Assembly: GCA_951406725.2 (NCBI GenBank)
Contig: OX597831.1
Coordinates: forward strand, 46,376,001-46,440,000
Origin: Octopus vulgaris
Lineage: Eukaryota
Reading direction: 5' to 3'
Length of the DNA stretch: 64,000 bases
Every line of letters starts with the position of its first letter. The first letter of the stretch is position 1. Position numbers and translations under genes: made by a program. Of this stretch, positions 26,974-39,700 are shown one piece after another. The notes beneath the pieces are model-generated. The model had not been told where the DNA came from, did no database searches, and saw only the letters and a program-made list of their open reading frames with translations.

Positions 26974-27530
26974 CATGGGTTGACATATGTGCGTGTGCGT
27001 ATGTGTTTGTGTCTGTGATGTGTGTGTGTCTGTGATGTGTGTGTGTGTGGGTGAACAAACAAAGAAAAAAAAACTCTTAGCAATAATGTTTGGAGTTGTA
27101 TTTATTTAATAGACATCATACATAATTTAATACACATTATATAAACTTTCGTTGGGGATGAACAAATCCTTATCATCCAACGTTCAGGATCGATATAAAA
27201 GAATTTAATAGAAACTGAAAATGGCTTCTTGTTGAGAGCGTTTATTGCGTCAGTTGAAGTAACGTCTTTGTTTTAACTATTTTAGCAGCATCTCTTGCTT
27301 CTTCATTAAATAACTTACGTGATAGGGTAGTCAGAATGTTAGCTTAAGTTAATCGGCGTGTTGCAAGGAGTGATGTTTCAGCAACGTAGGGTTCTTATAA
27401 CGGATATTTCTCCAGGCAGCGCAGACATTGCGAAATGTGCTCATTTTCTCACGGTAGCAGATTTGGCAATTTAAAGATACCAGGTGAGTAAGGATGCCTC
27501 ATGAGATGTGACGCGCCTCGTGCATCCGTG

Positions 27531-27567
<37 letters not shown>

Positions 27568-27955
27568 TGTGTATGTGTGTGAAGGTACCTCCTTGCTTCT
27601 TTTCTGAAATGTGCATAGCTGGAAGCAATATAGACTGAACATGAGTAGTTACCCTTTCGTTATGAGAATCTCATTACTATTTCATTTCCTTGTCTGATTA
27701 AATCGCAAACTTCATTCACAATGTGTACTTTGTTCTTTAAAGATGTTACGGTGCAGTCTGAAATCAATTCGGCTACTATTTCTTGCACGTCATTTGGTTA
27801 AAGATATCATCTATTAAGTGGCTTCATCGCTGTTCATGGGAGCAACAAAGTTTATTGTTTAATTCAATGTTCTATGGATAAATACATGCGCGCGCACATA
27901 TACACACACACACACACACACAAGCACACACGCACATATGTATATGCAGACACGC

Positions 27956-27970
27956 AGTACTCACCAAATA
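27956..27970 (-). promoter_or_regulatory. Putative 5' splice donor in the 3' UTR of the second GPCR
   Basis: Minus strand 'atttg|GTGAGTAC', 248 nt after the stop. Confidence 0.6.
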
Positions 27971-28212
27971 CCCTTTAATTAGTTCAGTGTAGTTTAACTA
28001 GTTCATATTCTGAACGTTTTATTTCTTTTATAATAACTCTTAAATGTTGAAGTAAAATTCTTTTATATGGCGAATCGTGTTCAAGTGAAAGATGAAAAAA
28101 AAAAAGAAAAAGAAAAAACTTCTTAGCTTCTATATATTTTAAACTGGGAAGAACTTGTAGTGTTCATTTTGGGTGACATATTTCACATATGAATGGTTAT
28201 ATGGTGGTGAAT

Positions 28213-29325
28213 TCAACGAGTTTCGATATTTTTTTCTTTACATGGTTGGGAAATTTTGCGAAATGAGACCAGCAATTCATTACGAAACTGTCGACTGAAG
28301 AGTCCATAGATGTATGGGTGAAGAGCAGGGCTGAGATAAAAAGAATAGGACAAAAACTTGTTAATCACTAGATCTTTATCACTTGAAACGTCATCAAAAT
28401 CTTTAACAAACAACCTCCAGAATACTCCGCCGAAATGTGGTATATAAGCGATAATCCAGACCAAAGTGATGATGAAAAATATTAAACTAGACCGAGCTGG
28501 TGGCATTGATCGTTTTTTAAGACGCGCAAAAGAGGTAGATCGCTTCTCTGAAGAACTAGTATCGGCAAAAAGAATTTCAGATTTGGAAATGGTACAAGTT
28601 GTGTAAACTTCATGATTTGCTCTTTTTTTCTTCGCTTTGTAAATTTTCCAAATGCGCATTCCAATTAATAAGTATATAACCACAAAAGTTATAAATACAC
28701 CAGAGGAAGCTGTCAATCCGAAAGTATAATAAACTAAAGGATACATTGTGCCATTTATATAGGGAGAAAGTGAACACATTTCTCCAATATTTCCACATTG
28801 TCCCACCATTTTGTTTTGTCTGCTGTGTACAAAAAATGCTGGCATACAAAGAACTAATGCGCACATTGTTAAAAATACTAGAATTTTTTTTGAGTTTTTA
28901 ACGGAAATATTTTGCTTAAGAGGTCGACATATGAGAATGTATCTATCAACTGCTATAATGAACACAATCAAAGCCGAGTTGATTATTGCTATAGCTACCG
29001 CATAACGTATAACACGGCATGCAGTATCACTGTGAAAAGTGTAGGGAAAATATAGAACTATAATGTCCATAGGTATACATATTACGCAAGTTAGAAAATC
29101 ACATATGGAGAGTGCTACAGTGAATATATGCGTAGCTGTCTCATCAAATTTATAATAGTATATATATGATACAAAGCAATTTCCAATTGATCCAAGTATC
29201 ATTGCAATTCCGAGATACACTATTACTGGAAAATAAACATTCACCATTTTAATATTTGTTTCTTCTAAAATTCTAGTACAAACATTGGCACTATTATTTG
29301 GCTCCATTTTCTTATTTTCCTCCAA
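28213..29325 (-). CDS. Class A (rhodopsin-like) orphan GPCR, 370 aa, paralogue of 14467-15549
   Basis: GN, LSICD, AVDRYILICRP, WIIAYIP, HPYIY and FRNEL motifs, colinear with the first receptor. Confidence 0.95.
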   Translation of the reverse strand: MEENKKMEPNNSANVCTRILEETNIKMVNVYFPVIVYLGIAMILGSIGNCFVSYIYYYKFDETATHIFTVALSICDFLTCVICIPMDIIVLYFPYTFHSDTACRVIRYAVAIAIINSALIVFIIAVDRYILICRPLKQNISVKNSKKILVFLTMCALVLCMPAFFVHSRQNKMVGQCGNIGEMCSLSPYINGTMYPLVYYTFGLTASSGVFITFVVIYLLIGMRIWKIYKAKKKRANHEVYTTCTISKSEILFADTSSSEKRSTSFARLKKRSMPPARSSLIFFIITLVWIIAYIPHFGGVFWRLFVKDFDDVSSDKDLVINKFLSYSFYLSPALHPYIYGLFSRQFRNELLVSFRKISQPCKEKNIETR

Positions 29326-29393
29326 ATTCTTGGAAATATTGTTTGAAACTGTGAAGACAGCTTTCTAAGTGAGAGAAATATTTCTTGTATTTT

Positions 29394-29425
29394 CTGTAAA
29401 GACAAAAAGAGTGTGGTTTGTAAAT
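29394..29425 (-). promoter_or_regulatory. Putative 3' splice acceptor upstream of the second GPCR
   Basis: Minus strand 'cacactctttttgtctttacag|aaaatac'. Confidence 0.7.
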
Positions 29426-29600
29426 ATTTTATTTCAGAAAGCTGTGTGAAATATTACCCGTTATTTTGGGAGTTAAATCAACAAAAATTTGTACAAAAAC
29501 ACGAAATACATTTACCAAATATTAATTATACATGATTATGATTTCCATGAACGGAAATGTGTCAAATATTAAGCACCCATCAACAATAAGAAAGTGTGCT

Positions 29601-29634
<34 letters not shown>

Positions 29635-29664
29635 TGTATGTATGTATGTATGTATGTATGTATG

Positions 29665-29727
<63 letters not shown>

Positions 29728-29759
29728 GAACAAAGTGTACGTACGTCGCTATATATATA

Positions 29760-30091
29760 TAATACAAAATGGGACAAGAACGCAAAATATCCGGACAACT
29801 AGGTGATAGAAAAAGGAAGAACAAAACATCCAGATAGACGATACAAAATAACAAGGACGGGTCACTCATAGCTTTCTATCCTCAGTCAAGAACCGGATCA
29901 TCCTCGCAATTTCGGCTGATTAATTTTGAGATTGCTCTAATCCAGCCAGTCCCAAGGAAAAACTAAGCAAAGAGCATTAGATTCCTTGGAAGAAAGCATC
30001 GAATGTATACGAAAACAAGGACGGAAAAACAGACAACGTTACACAAATATAAATACAAAATACAATAAAAATAACAACAATAATAATAATG

Positions 30092-30146
<55 letters not shown>

Positions 30147-30576
30147 GCATCCCCTGTGATCATAATATCTCAGCGAAAGAGTTTGACAAGCTCAGAAAAT
30201 ATAAAGACCTACTCATTGAAATTGAGAAAATGTGGCATCTCAAGGCGGTTACAATACCAGTGATCGTAGGAGCACTAGGAATGATCAAGAAGGGAACCGA
30301 AAATTATATGAGAATGATCCCTGGCTTACCATCCCTGCAAGAAGTGCAAAAGATTGTCTTAACTGGTACATCACACGTATTGAGAAGAGCATTGTCGATG
30401 TGAGAACTGTTGCTGCTCATGTATTTTAATTTAACTTTAAAAAAAAAAAAAAAAAATGAACGAACTATTGAGTTTGGTTTAATGGCCTACCAATGTATGC
30501 TATGAGTTTCTTTGCCCTAGGAGTCGGGAAGACACTCGGCAAGAAATGGAAGCAAATTTGAAAGAAGAAAAAAAAA

Positions 30577-30624
<48 letters not shown>

Positions 30625-31178
30625 GCCCTGATGCAGTACCAGGCAGTAGCTCTCATGGCTTCTGATCTTAACTGATTGGAAGTGTTATCATGTACATTGT
30701 TTTGTCTTGGTATAAAAGATGGGCTACAGCAAATATTCTGCTCAATACCACAGATTTGCTTGTCAGTTGTTTGACCGTAACCAGTTGAGCATGTCCCTTA
30801 GTGGCTGACGATATGTGCATCTCTGATCACGAGCAGAAGTAGTGGGGGAGCATCATAACCATGTGTTGAGAAGGATTCTTTGGGGTTTGAATAAATCACC
30901 TCTGGAAACATGGGTGTTTCGTTCAACGTCCTTAAACAACCCTTATTCAGGGACCTTTTGAGCGGGATGGGTTACTCGATCTGAAGAAAATTCTAACTGG
31001 GCTCCACCTGCAAGGTCATGTGCTGTTTATCTTGATATGAGATCACCATGTCGCGCACATATGGTTGTGATGCATGTGCCTGGTGTACCCTTATCAGACG
31101 GGTAGTCATGATGGGTATACTGGGCTTCGTATATTTTACCCCAGTGTCACTTTGATGGCATGCTCTGCTCGCTCACTC

Positions 31179-31228
<50 letters not shown>

Positions 31229-31238
31229 TAACAATAAC

Positions 31239-31296
<58 letters not shown>

Positions 31297-31690
31297 GGAT
31301 ATAACAGGTGTCTTTCGACTGGGAAGGAATTGAATTAAGCTGGCGTGTGTGGAAATGAAGCCTTACGGCAGGCATACTAGATTTCACAAACACAGAGAGG
31401 AATATCGATGTTGCCATGACCACGGTCAGACTCAAAAAGAGAGAGCTAACAGTCTGGTGTGTCGGTCACGTGGGAAGAGAAGAGAGAGAAAAAGGGGAAC
31501 AAAAGAATGAAGGAAGGAGAAGAGAAGAGAGAGAGAGAGAGAGAGTTGCAGAAGCGGATGGACAGAAGAATTAAGGAGAGACGAAAAGAATGACAGGGAC
31601 ATAGTGAAGTGAAAAGTGAGTAAGAAAAGAAGGCAAAGAAATGTGAGAGAGGGTGAAAGAAAGAACGAAGAGTGGAATGAACGAATAAGC
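29760..31690. mobile_element. Inverted copy of the 9640-10570 repeat with nested insertions in its (TAA)n tract
   Basis: 29760-30080 is the reverse complement of 9680-9990 and 31296-31640 is the reverse complement of ~10030-10372. Confidence 0.7.
30147..30577 (+). mobile_element. 5'-truncated Dong/R4-type LINE (REL C-terminus and 3' UTR) inside (TAA)n
   Basis: SIPCDHNISAKEFDKLRKYKDL...IPVIVGALG, near-identical to 61782-62215. (TAA)n on both sides. Confidence 0.9.
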
Positions 31691-31699
31691 GCCAAAGGA

Positions 31700-32033
31700 G
31701 ATCGATAAAATAACCCAGTGGTTCGCTGAATGTGAACGATAAAATAACGTAGCGGTTCGCCATAAGGGATCGAAAAATAGCTTAGCAGTTCGCCAAACGT
31801 TATCAATAGTATAACTTACCGGTTCGCCAAAGTTGATCGATAAATAAATTAGCTGTTCACCAAAGGATATCGATAAAATAGCTTAGCGGTTCACCAATCG
31901 AGATCGATAAAATAACTTAGCGGTTCGCCAAGCGTGATCGATAAAATAACTTAGCGGTTCGCCAAAGGAGATCGATAAAATAATCTAGTGGTTCGCCAAA
32001 GAAGATCGATAAAATAACTTAGCGGTTCGCCAA
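31700..32033. repeat. Minisatellite, unit ~38-39 bp, about 8-9 copies
   Basis: Consensus gatcgataaaataacttagcggttcgccaaagga repeated head to tail. Confidence 0.92.
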
Positions 32034-32699
32034 TTGCAATAGTTAAAAGCAAATTGAATATGAGAATTCTATGCATTTTCAGTCCTGCCTCGCGTTATGA
32101 GAGAATGGTTACATTCCTCGTATTGACGACCATTCCGGACGAAAAAGACATGTATTTGAACATGGATATACTAAAACTTAAAAATTCATGAAGCATCACA
32201 AAAGGATGAATGAAAGAAATAGGAAATACGGAAACAGGTGGGTGAATAAAGGACAGCACCTACACCAGGAAACTTAAGTCAGAGAAAACAGGACGGTATG
32301 AACTGTATATATATATACATACATACACACACACACAGATATATATATATATATAAGAATAATTAGCGAGAAATATTCGGAATAATTTTGTAGATAGCCA
32401 TTTTCGTTTTCTCGTGTTTAAATATATCCATTTAGTACTGGCAACACAATTTTCGTGTTTCGTATCGTCCTTGATATTTAAACTTTGTATGTGATGTCTT
32501 CCCTGGTGATCCCTTGAAGCCTACCAGCTAGTCTTTCACCAGGCAATTCCCGCGAAACTATTTGCTAATCCGGTCGCTGAAGGTTTTTCGTGCCGGGAAT
32601 GTCGCATTCAGCTTCTAGCAATTGCACCTCCGATAGTATATTATTTTACTGACAATGTTGAGAACGCGTAGGATATATTAAAGTAATATATGATATATA

Positions 32700-33145
32700 G
32701 GCGCAGGAGTGGCTGTGTGGTAAGTAGCTTGCGCAGGAGTGGCTGTGTGGTAAGTATCTTGCCTACCAGCCACATGGTTCCACGTTCAGTCCCACTGCGT
32801 GGCATCTTGGGCAAGTGTCTTCTACTATAGCCTCGGGCCAACCAAAGCCTTGTGAGTAGATTTGGTAGACGTAAACTGAAAGAAGCCCGTCGTATATATG
32901 TATATATATATATGTGTGTGCGTGTATGTTTGTGTGTCTGTGTCTGTCCCCCTAGCATTGCTTGACAACCGATGCTGGTGTGTTTATGTCCCCGTCACTT
33001 AGTGGTTCGGCAAAAAGAGACCGATAGAATAAGTACTGGGCTTACAACGAATAAGTCCCGGGGTCGAGTTGCTCGACTAAAGGCGGTGTTCCAGCATGGC
33101 CGCAGTCAAATGACTGAAACAAGTAAAAGAGTAAAAAAGAGAGTA
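32700..33145 (+). mobile_element. Full-length tRNA-derived SINE with internal microsatellite and a duplicated 5' 30-mer
   Basis: ggcgcaggagtggctgtgtggtaagtagctt...gttcagtcccactgcgtggca...gaaacaagtaaaagag. Further copies at 34505-34665(-), 35485-35790(-), 43140-43445, 44820-44990, 47600-47735(-) and 60065-60315. Confidence 0.9.
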
Positions 33146-33704
33146 TAGGTCAAAGTAATGATAATTTTGAAGCTAATTTAATGTAATTTGGTTGTTGAGA
33201 GAGAAATAAAGAATAAGATAGAGCTGGGAAAGATAGAGGAGGAGAGAGAGAGCGAGCGCGAGAGGGAGGGTGAGTAAGAGAGAATATGTGGCAGAAAGAG
33301 AAAAAAAAAACATTCTAAAAGTTTCTCTCATTAAAACATCCACGGATTCTTTTCGTAAATTGACGAAAATACACATAATCATAATACTTGAATGTGATGT
33401 TGATATTCATACGACATTCCTAAATATGAGTAAAAAATTGGAAATAGAAAATAATTCGAGTACAGTACCTGTACTAAGGGTTGCACCGCTTGGAGTGATG
33501 AGAACGGCAATACGCATCATATTTATACGTGCGTACGTTGGTGGAAAATTTTAACCGATTCCCGGAATATAGCTAAAGATACAAGAGTAATACAAAATCC
33601 ACTTTAATAAGATCCGCTTCAGTGTATAATTATGTCGTCTATTAAAGTCGAAGTACTTCTAAATAGTCTTCAAACACGCTTATTTGTATATACTAAAGTG
33701 GTAT

Positions 33705-33970
33705 CCAGTCAGTTACGACGAAGAGCGTTCGAATTGATCCGATCAACAGAACAGCCTGCTCGTGAAATTAACGTGCAAATGGATGTACACTCGACCGACA
33801 CGCGTGTTCTTAAACAAATGTTTCTTAGAGAGATTCAGAGCAACACAGAATGTGACAACACATTTTTGTCAGCTGAGTTTACTGGAGTAACGTGAAATAA
33901 AGTGTCTTGTTCAAGGACAAAGCTCGCCTTACGAGTTTTAGCCGAATATACTAATCACTAAGTTCCCCAC
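33705..33970 (-). mobile_element. Diverged SINE (family of 43944-44268)
   Basis: 'gatcaacagaacagcctgctcgtgaaattaacgtgcaaat...ctggagtaacgtgaaataaagtgtcttg' is the reverse complement of 44025-44225. Confidence 0.75.
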
Positions 33971-34071
33971 CGTTACACTTATTTGTATATAATGTAGATT
34001 GAAAGGCGAGCTTAGATTGATACACAAACATTTCTTTAAAGGATTTTTGTTAGTTCAAAATATATCAATCG

Positions 34072-34115
<44 letters not shown>

Positions 34116-34360
34116 AAGGGTGAAAAGGAACACACGAGTTGATATATATGAAAAAACAAGCCAAAAATAGAAAATGCTAAAATAATTTTATAAAGAACAT
34201 TTCAGTACCGGTTTCGGTCATTTTGAGACCTTTTCAACTGTAACGATTAAATAATTAAATTTAGAAAAATTAGAAGAAAAGTTTTTTTAAAGGAATATTT
34301 GTATAGTGTTCAAATATAAGTGTGTGTGTGTCAGTGTATGTGTGTGTGTGTGTCAGTGTA

Positions 34361-34433
<73 letters not shown>

Positions 34434-34436
34434 GTG

Positions 34437-34470
<34 letters not shown>

Positions 34471-34847
34471 TACACTGACACACACACACACACACATATA
34501 AATATACATATATACGACGGGCTTCTTTCAGTTTCCGTCTACCAAATCCATTCACAAGGCTTTGGTCAGCCCGAGGCTATAGTAGTAGACCAAGGTGCCA
34601 CGCCGTGGGACTGGACCCGGAACCATGTGCTTCGTAAGCAAGTTACTTACCGCACAGTCACTCATATGCCTGATTTACATGCAACCAATGTAGATACTTG
34701 TGCCTGGTCCCTCAACCTGCATAAACAAAGTGTAGTTCTTGTAATGTATTATATTTTAGAGTGGTCCAGTTACAAGTTATGTTCTTAGTTATTCAGATAA
34801 TTTCGTGGCTGTGGTATTTATTATACTGGGTAGTGGAAAGTAATGTG

Positions 34848-35190
34848 AAGGCGCATGGTTCAGTGGTTAGAGCGTCGAGCTTACGATCGTGAGGTTGTGA
34901 GCTCGAATCCCGGACCGGGCTGCGTGTTGTGTTCTTGAGCAAGGCACTTTATTTCACGTTGCTCCAGTTCACTCAGCTGTAGAAATGAGTTGCGACGTCA
35001 CTGGTGCCAAGCTGTATCGACCTTTGTCTTTCCCTTGGATAACACTGGTGGTGTAGAGAGGGGAGGCTGGTATGCATGGGCGACTGCTGGTCTTCCATAA
35101 ACAACCTTGCCCGGACTTGTGTCTAGGAGGGTAACTTTCTAGGTGCAATCCCATGGTCATTCATGACCGAAGGGGGTCTTTACCCTTTAC
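34848..35190 (+). mobile_element. tRNA-derived SINE
   Basis: A box tggttcagtggttagagcg, B box gctcgaatccc, core 'ttgagcaaggcactttatttcacgttgctccag' shared with 43944-44268. Confidence 0.88.
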
Positions 35191-35437
35191 AGTGGAAAGG
35201 AAAACTAATATATACTAGGTTAGTTAAGAAAAAGGGGATGTTGTTAGGGAGTTCAGTATATGTACTTCTATCTTTCTTTCCCACCCATCTGTGGGACACT
35301 GATCTAGTAGGGATATATGCTTCATTCTGCATGAGTAAGGATTTTTCACAGATAGGGAGAGGTCTATAGAGGCATAGGGCTATCCATCTTAAAAGAAGAG
35401 AAACACACCGTAGTTACACTACACACACACACACGTA

Positions 35438-35485
<48 letters not shown>

Positions 35486-35789
35486 CTCTTTACTCTTTTA
35501 CTTGTTTCAGTCACTTGATTGTGGCCATGTTGGAAAACCGCCTTTAGTCGCGCAAATTGACCCCAGGACTTATTCTTTGGAAGCCTAGTACTTATTTTAT
35601 TGGTCTCTTTTGCCGAACCGCTAAGTTACGTGAACGTAAACACACCAGTATCGGTTGTCAAGTGATGTTGGGGGGAAAAACACAGACACACAAACATATA
35701 CACACACATACATATAGACGACGAGCTTGTTTCAGTTTCCGTCTACCAAATCCACTCACAAGGCTTTGGTCGGCCCGAGGCTATAGTAG

Positions 35790-36045
35790 AATGATAGACA
35801 TTTCATACTGCATAGTGGGGATTAATGGAACAATGAATTTATTTGAGAATCTACACAAAAGTTTCAAGGATTTGTATGTAAAGTTTGAAGAATGTTGCAG
35901 AGAAAATACTTAACTAAGTCAAAATCTCATACGAAAGGTTCACTTAAAGAATAAAGAATAGGAATTTTTGGTGTAATTTTGGATGACATACTGAAGAACA
36001 TGAAACCAAGATTTGCTGATTTCAAAAACTTAGTTTTCTATGCAG
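35790..36045 (+). mobile_element. Possible hAT transposase relic
   Basis: IDISYCIVGINGTMNLFENL...GVILDDILKNMKPRFADFKNLVF resembles the region preceding the hAT dimerisation domain. Pattern-level match only. Confidence 0.35.
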
Positions 36046-36410
36046 CTTCGTCCAGCATCTTTCAACCATCTTGGCTCGAAGTGAACTGAATTTAGTTAGT
36101 TGTCGATTAGTTAGGTTTCAGGGGTAAGTGATCTGTTTGCAAACTTGTGTAGTTGACTTCAGTTTCACACTGGTTGCTGGTCGAAGTCAGGATTCTATTT
36201 AATTAGATCAAAGTTTATGTTGCTGTTCTGGAAGGTTTCTTTGTCTACTGTAATAGATGGGTACGTAATAAGCTTACTTTCGTGAAGATGGAATTTACGA
36301 GATTCTTTATTAATAAAGAATCTAGTGAATTCTATTTTCTCTTTCTTTCATTTGTTATATATTCCACGAAACGAGGGAATTTCTGAAGTAAATATATATA
36401 TATATGTATG

Positions 36411-36532
<122 letters not shown>

Positions 36533-36634
36533 TGTATTTATGTATGCATGTATGTATATGTGTGTGTGTGTGTGTATGTATACACAAATATATATATACA
36601 TGTATACATACACACATACACATACAAATATACG

Positions 36635-36675
<41 letters not shown>

Positions 36676-36796
36676 TAGCAGCATAGCCCGGCGTTGCCCG
36701 GGTATGTAAGAGCCCCTAGTAGGCAACGACTAATCCCAATGTAGTCCTTTCCCTCCAGGGAACGAAGGTGCATGTGGACGTTGCAATGTCTTGTCT

Positions 36797-39700
36797 TCAC
36801 TGGAATACTTCTGTATATACGATGTTCCTAGCTGTCCGTTTGGGCGAAAACATGAAAACATCATTGCGCCTCCCAACGCGTGAACAGCCCACGTAGAGTT
36901 GACCGTGGGCGAAGCACTGTTCGCCCAAATGTAACCCAGCGACTTGTAGCGTTTGGCCTTGGGATTTATTGATGGACATTGCGAAGCAGAGTTTAACAGG
37001 AAACTGAGAACGCCTGAAGTGGATTGGTAGGTCAGCGCCCGACGGTTGAAGGTGCATCCGTGGAATGAAGACGTCCTCTCCCTTCCCACAACCGGTAAGT
37101 ATTGTGGCCGTTATTAAATGTGGTGCCAAATGTTTCACAACCAAACGTGTGCCGTTGCACTGTTTAGGTGGAACCAAATTCCTGATGAGCATAATGGGCG
37201 CACCGACTTTTAACTTCAGGATGTGTGGTGGCAGGCCTGGCGGTTCAAGTGAATTCAGGAATTCAACAGGATAATCGGCAAGCTGGGCGGGGGTCTGCTG
37301 TCCTATCTATAGATTTGTAGACGTGGACATCACCAGGAATAGCTTCAAGTAGCTGGATATTGATGGAGTTGACGGTTGTATTTTTGGGTGCGAGAATAGC
37401 TCTGCCTGCCAGCCATTTTAGGTCGCGTAAATTGTTTTGTAGGTCGTGGAAGACAGCGTCCCGGAGGCTAGCAGGGGTATCGACAATGGTGCAAAGTGAG
37501 TCCAATTGAACGTAGCCATCCGCATCAGACAGCATCCTATTTTCACCGAGCGATAAGAGGTCCCTGGAGAATGCAGCGGATCCGCTGTCACCAATTAACT
37601 GCGCGCGCATGTTAGTTTGGAGGTGCAAGGGCCGCACATGTGCCCAAAGAGCTGACGACTTAAGGCACGCGCGCACGGCATCGGCACGGGTTCCTTTTGG
37701 AATAACAGGTAGAGTCTGCCTGAAGTCTCCTGAAAGAAGTAAAGTTAATCCTCCCATGGGGGCCGTAGAGTCTCTGATGTCTTGCAGGGACCTGTCCAGT
37801 GCCTCAAGGGCGCCTTTGTGTGCCATAGTGCACTCGTCCCATACGATGAGTTTGCATCTGCGCAGAATGTCGGCCTGTTCTGAGTTCTTGGCGATGTTGC
37901 AGATAGGTGACTCGGACTTTGCCAGATCGAGCGGGAGTCTGAAGGCAGAGTGGGCGGTTCTGCCACCCGGAAGCAACGTGGCCGCGATACCAGAGGAAGC
38001 TACAGCCAGGGCAATGTCCGTGTTGCGTCTGACCTCTGCCAGAATTAGTTTAGTGACGAAGGTTTTGCCAGTGCCGCCGGGTGCATCAAGGAAGAAAATC
38101 CCCCCACGTTGCTGTCTGACAGAGTCTACGATGGTGTTGTAGGCTATGCGCTGGTCTGGAATCAGCCGTGGTTCATTATCTTGGACGTACTGGTGCAGTT
38201 CCTCAATGCAGTAGGAAGTTTCGCGTAACAATTCAGCAGACATAACATTGGCGTGTTCACGTGTGGGTGGTGGAAGGCCGTACTCTGTTAAAGCAGACCC
38301 ACCCATATCGATGACAGCGTCTTCGAGTTGAATGAGCGCAAAATTGTAAATGAAGTTGGTGAACGTGATCTCGGCGGAAGGGCAGTGTTGCTGAGCCGTA
38401 CGTAAGAAGTCGTGCGACATGTCATCCCTGTATTTCATCCAGAGACTTAGTGGATCACTAAGCTGACATTTTTGAAGAAGGATTGCGAAAAGATGTCGTA
38501 GGGCCGAATGCGTTTGCAGTAAAGCACCCTCTGCCATCGTGGCGTCCCACTGGGAGTCATCCTCTAGAAGGCCAAGTCTCATACATGCTTCCCTGAAGGT
38601 GTCGCACAGAACCCCATTGACGGTACGTATATTGGCAAAACCTGTTGGACCAGTGACCTCATGTAGAAGGAGACGGAGGTAGAAGCATTCTTGCTGGTTT
38701 GGCGGGATGTTGTAAACTCGACCCAGGCAGGAGTCAAACTTGACGCCTGGGAAGCTTTCGACGTTTTTGCCGGATTTCCGTCGGACCCAGGTGTTTTTAG
38801 ACCACACGAAGTACGATGGGACCTGTGGGTACAAAAGCGTTCGAGCGAAGTCATCACGTTGGCATAATTTGAAGAAACCAGTCAACGTTGTGTCTTTAGG
38901 GCTGGTGGCTATGTGCACAGCACTTTGCTCTGTGAAGTAAATCCGCTGTCCATTTTCCAAGTGTACAGCAAGCTGCACCACAGCCGGGTGTCTCTGATGG
39001 AGCGGGAAGCCGTAAATGCGCCAAAACGCTTCGTTGCTGCTGAGGTACCGGCCAGCCAAGTAGTTGGACACTTCGTCGCGACTGGTGGTCCTCTGGATGC
39101 TGAACATGGCAGCATCGCTGCCTTTGTTGATATATTTGCAGACATATTGTATTGACCTGATGGAGCTGCAGAACTCAACGTTGACGTGGGCTTTGAATAT
39201 CTTCGACAGGAGAGGACAGTAGGGGACAATGTAGCTGTTGTCCACTTGATGTCGCCCAACCGTAATCGTGCGGCCTCCATTGGCTGGACTCCTTCGTTTG
39301 TACAGCGGATACCCATCGCCGCCTGTTTGAGTCTCCAAAGTGAACCGTTTAGGGAATCCCTTTGAGCAGGCTAATCCGTTTTTGTAGCATGGTGTGTTGG
39401 CGTAATTTGGTCCACAGGGCCCGTGTACCATGGTAGTGCGGACAATTTCGTAGAGTCCGGGGTCCTCATCGGGTCAGGAATCTCGGCGGAAATGAATTTG
39501 TCAATGTCATTAGTCTCGATTTTATGAGTGAGCTAAATTAAGATGTGAGCATGTGGCAAGCCCCTCTTTTGCCACTCGACCGAAAACATGTGGCACCTGA
39601 CATGCCCGAAAATCTGACCCTTAACTATCAAATCCTTCATTTTGCCCAAATTCAGACGGAAAACCCTAGCAACGATATCGTGTCGATGGGTGTGAGATTG

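Noticed and set aside
31700-32033. CRISPR-like array of ~38 bp repeats
   Set aside because: Units are contiguous with no unique spacers, there are no cas genes, the context is eukaryotic, and the unit derives from a SINE.
34848-34920. tRNA gene (also 43944, 57337, 13220-13292)
   Set aside because: A and B boxes are present but the acceptor stems do not close and the sequences continue into SINE bodies, so these are SINE heads.
39533-39535. Programmed readthrough or a two-gene Rep plus helicase arrangement
   Set aside because: TAG sits at a conserved Trp codon (HILIW) and is followed by a separate 1-bp frameshift. Mutation or sequencing error is simpler.
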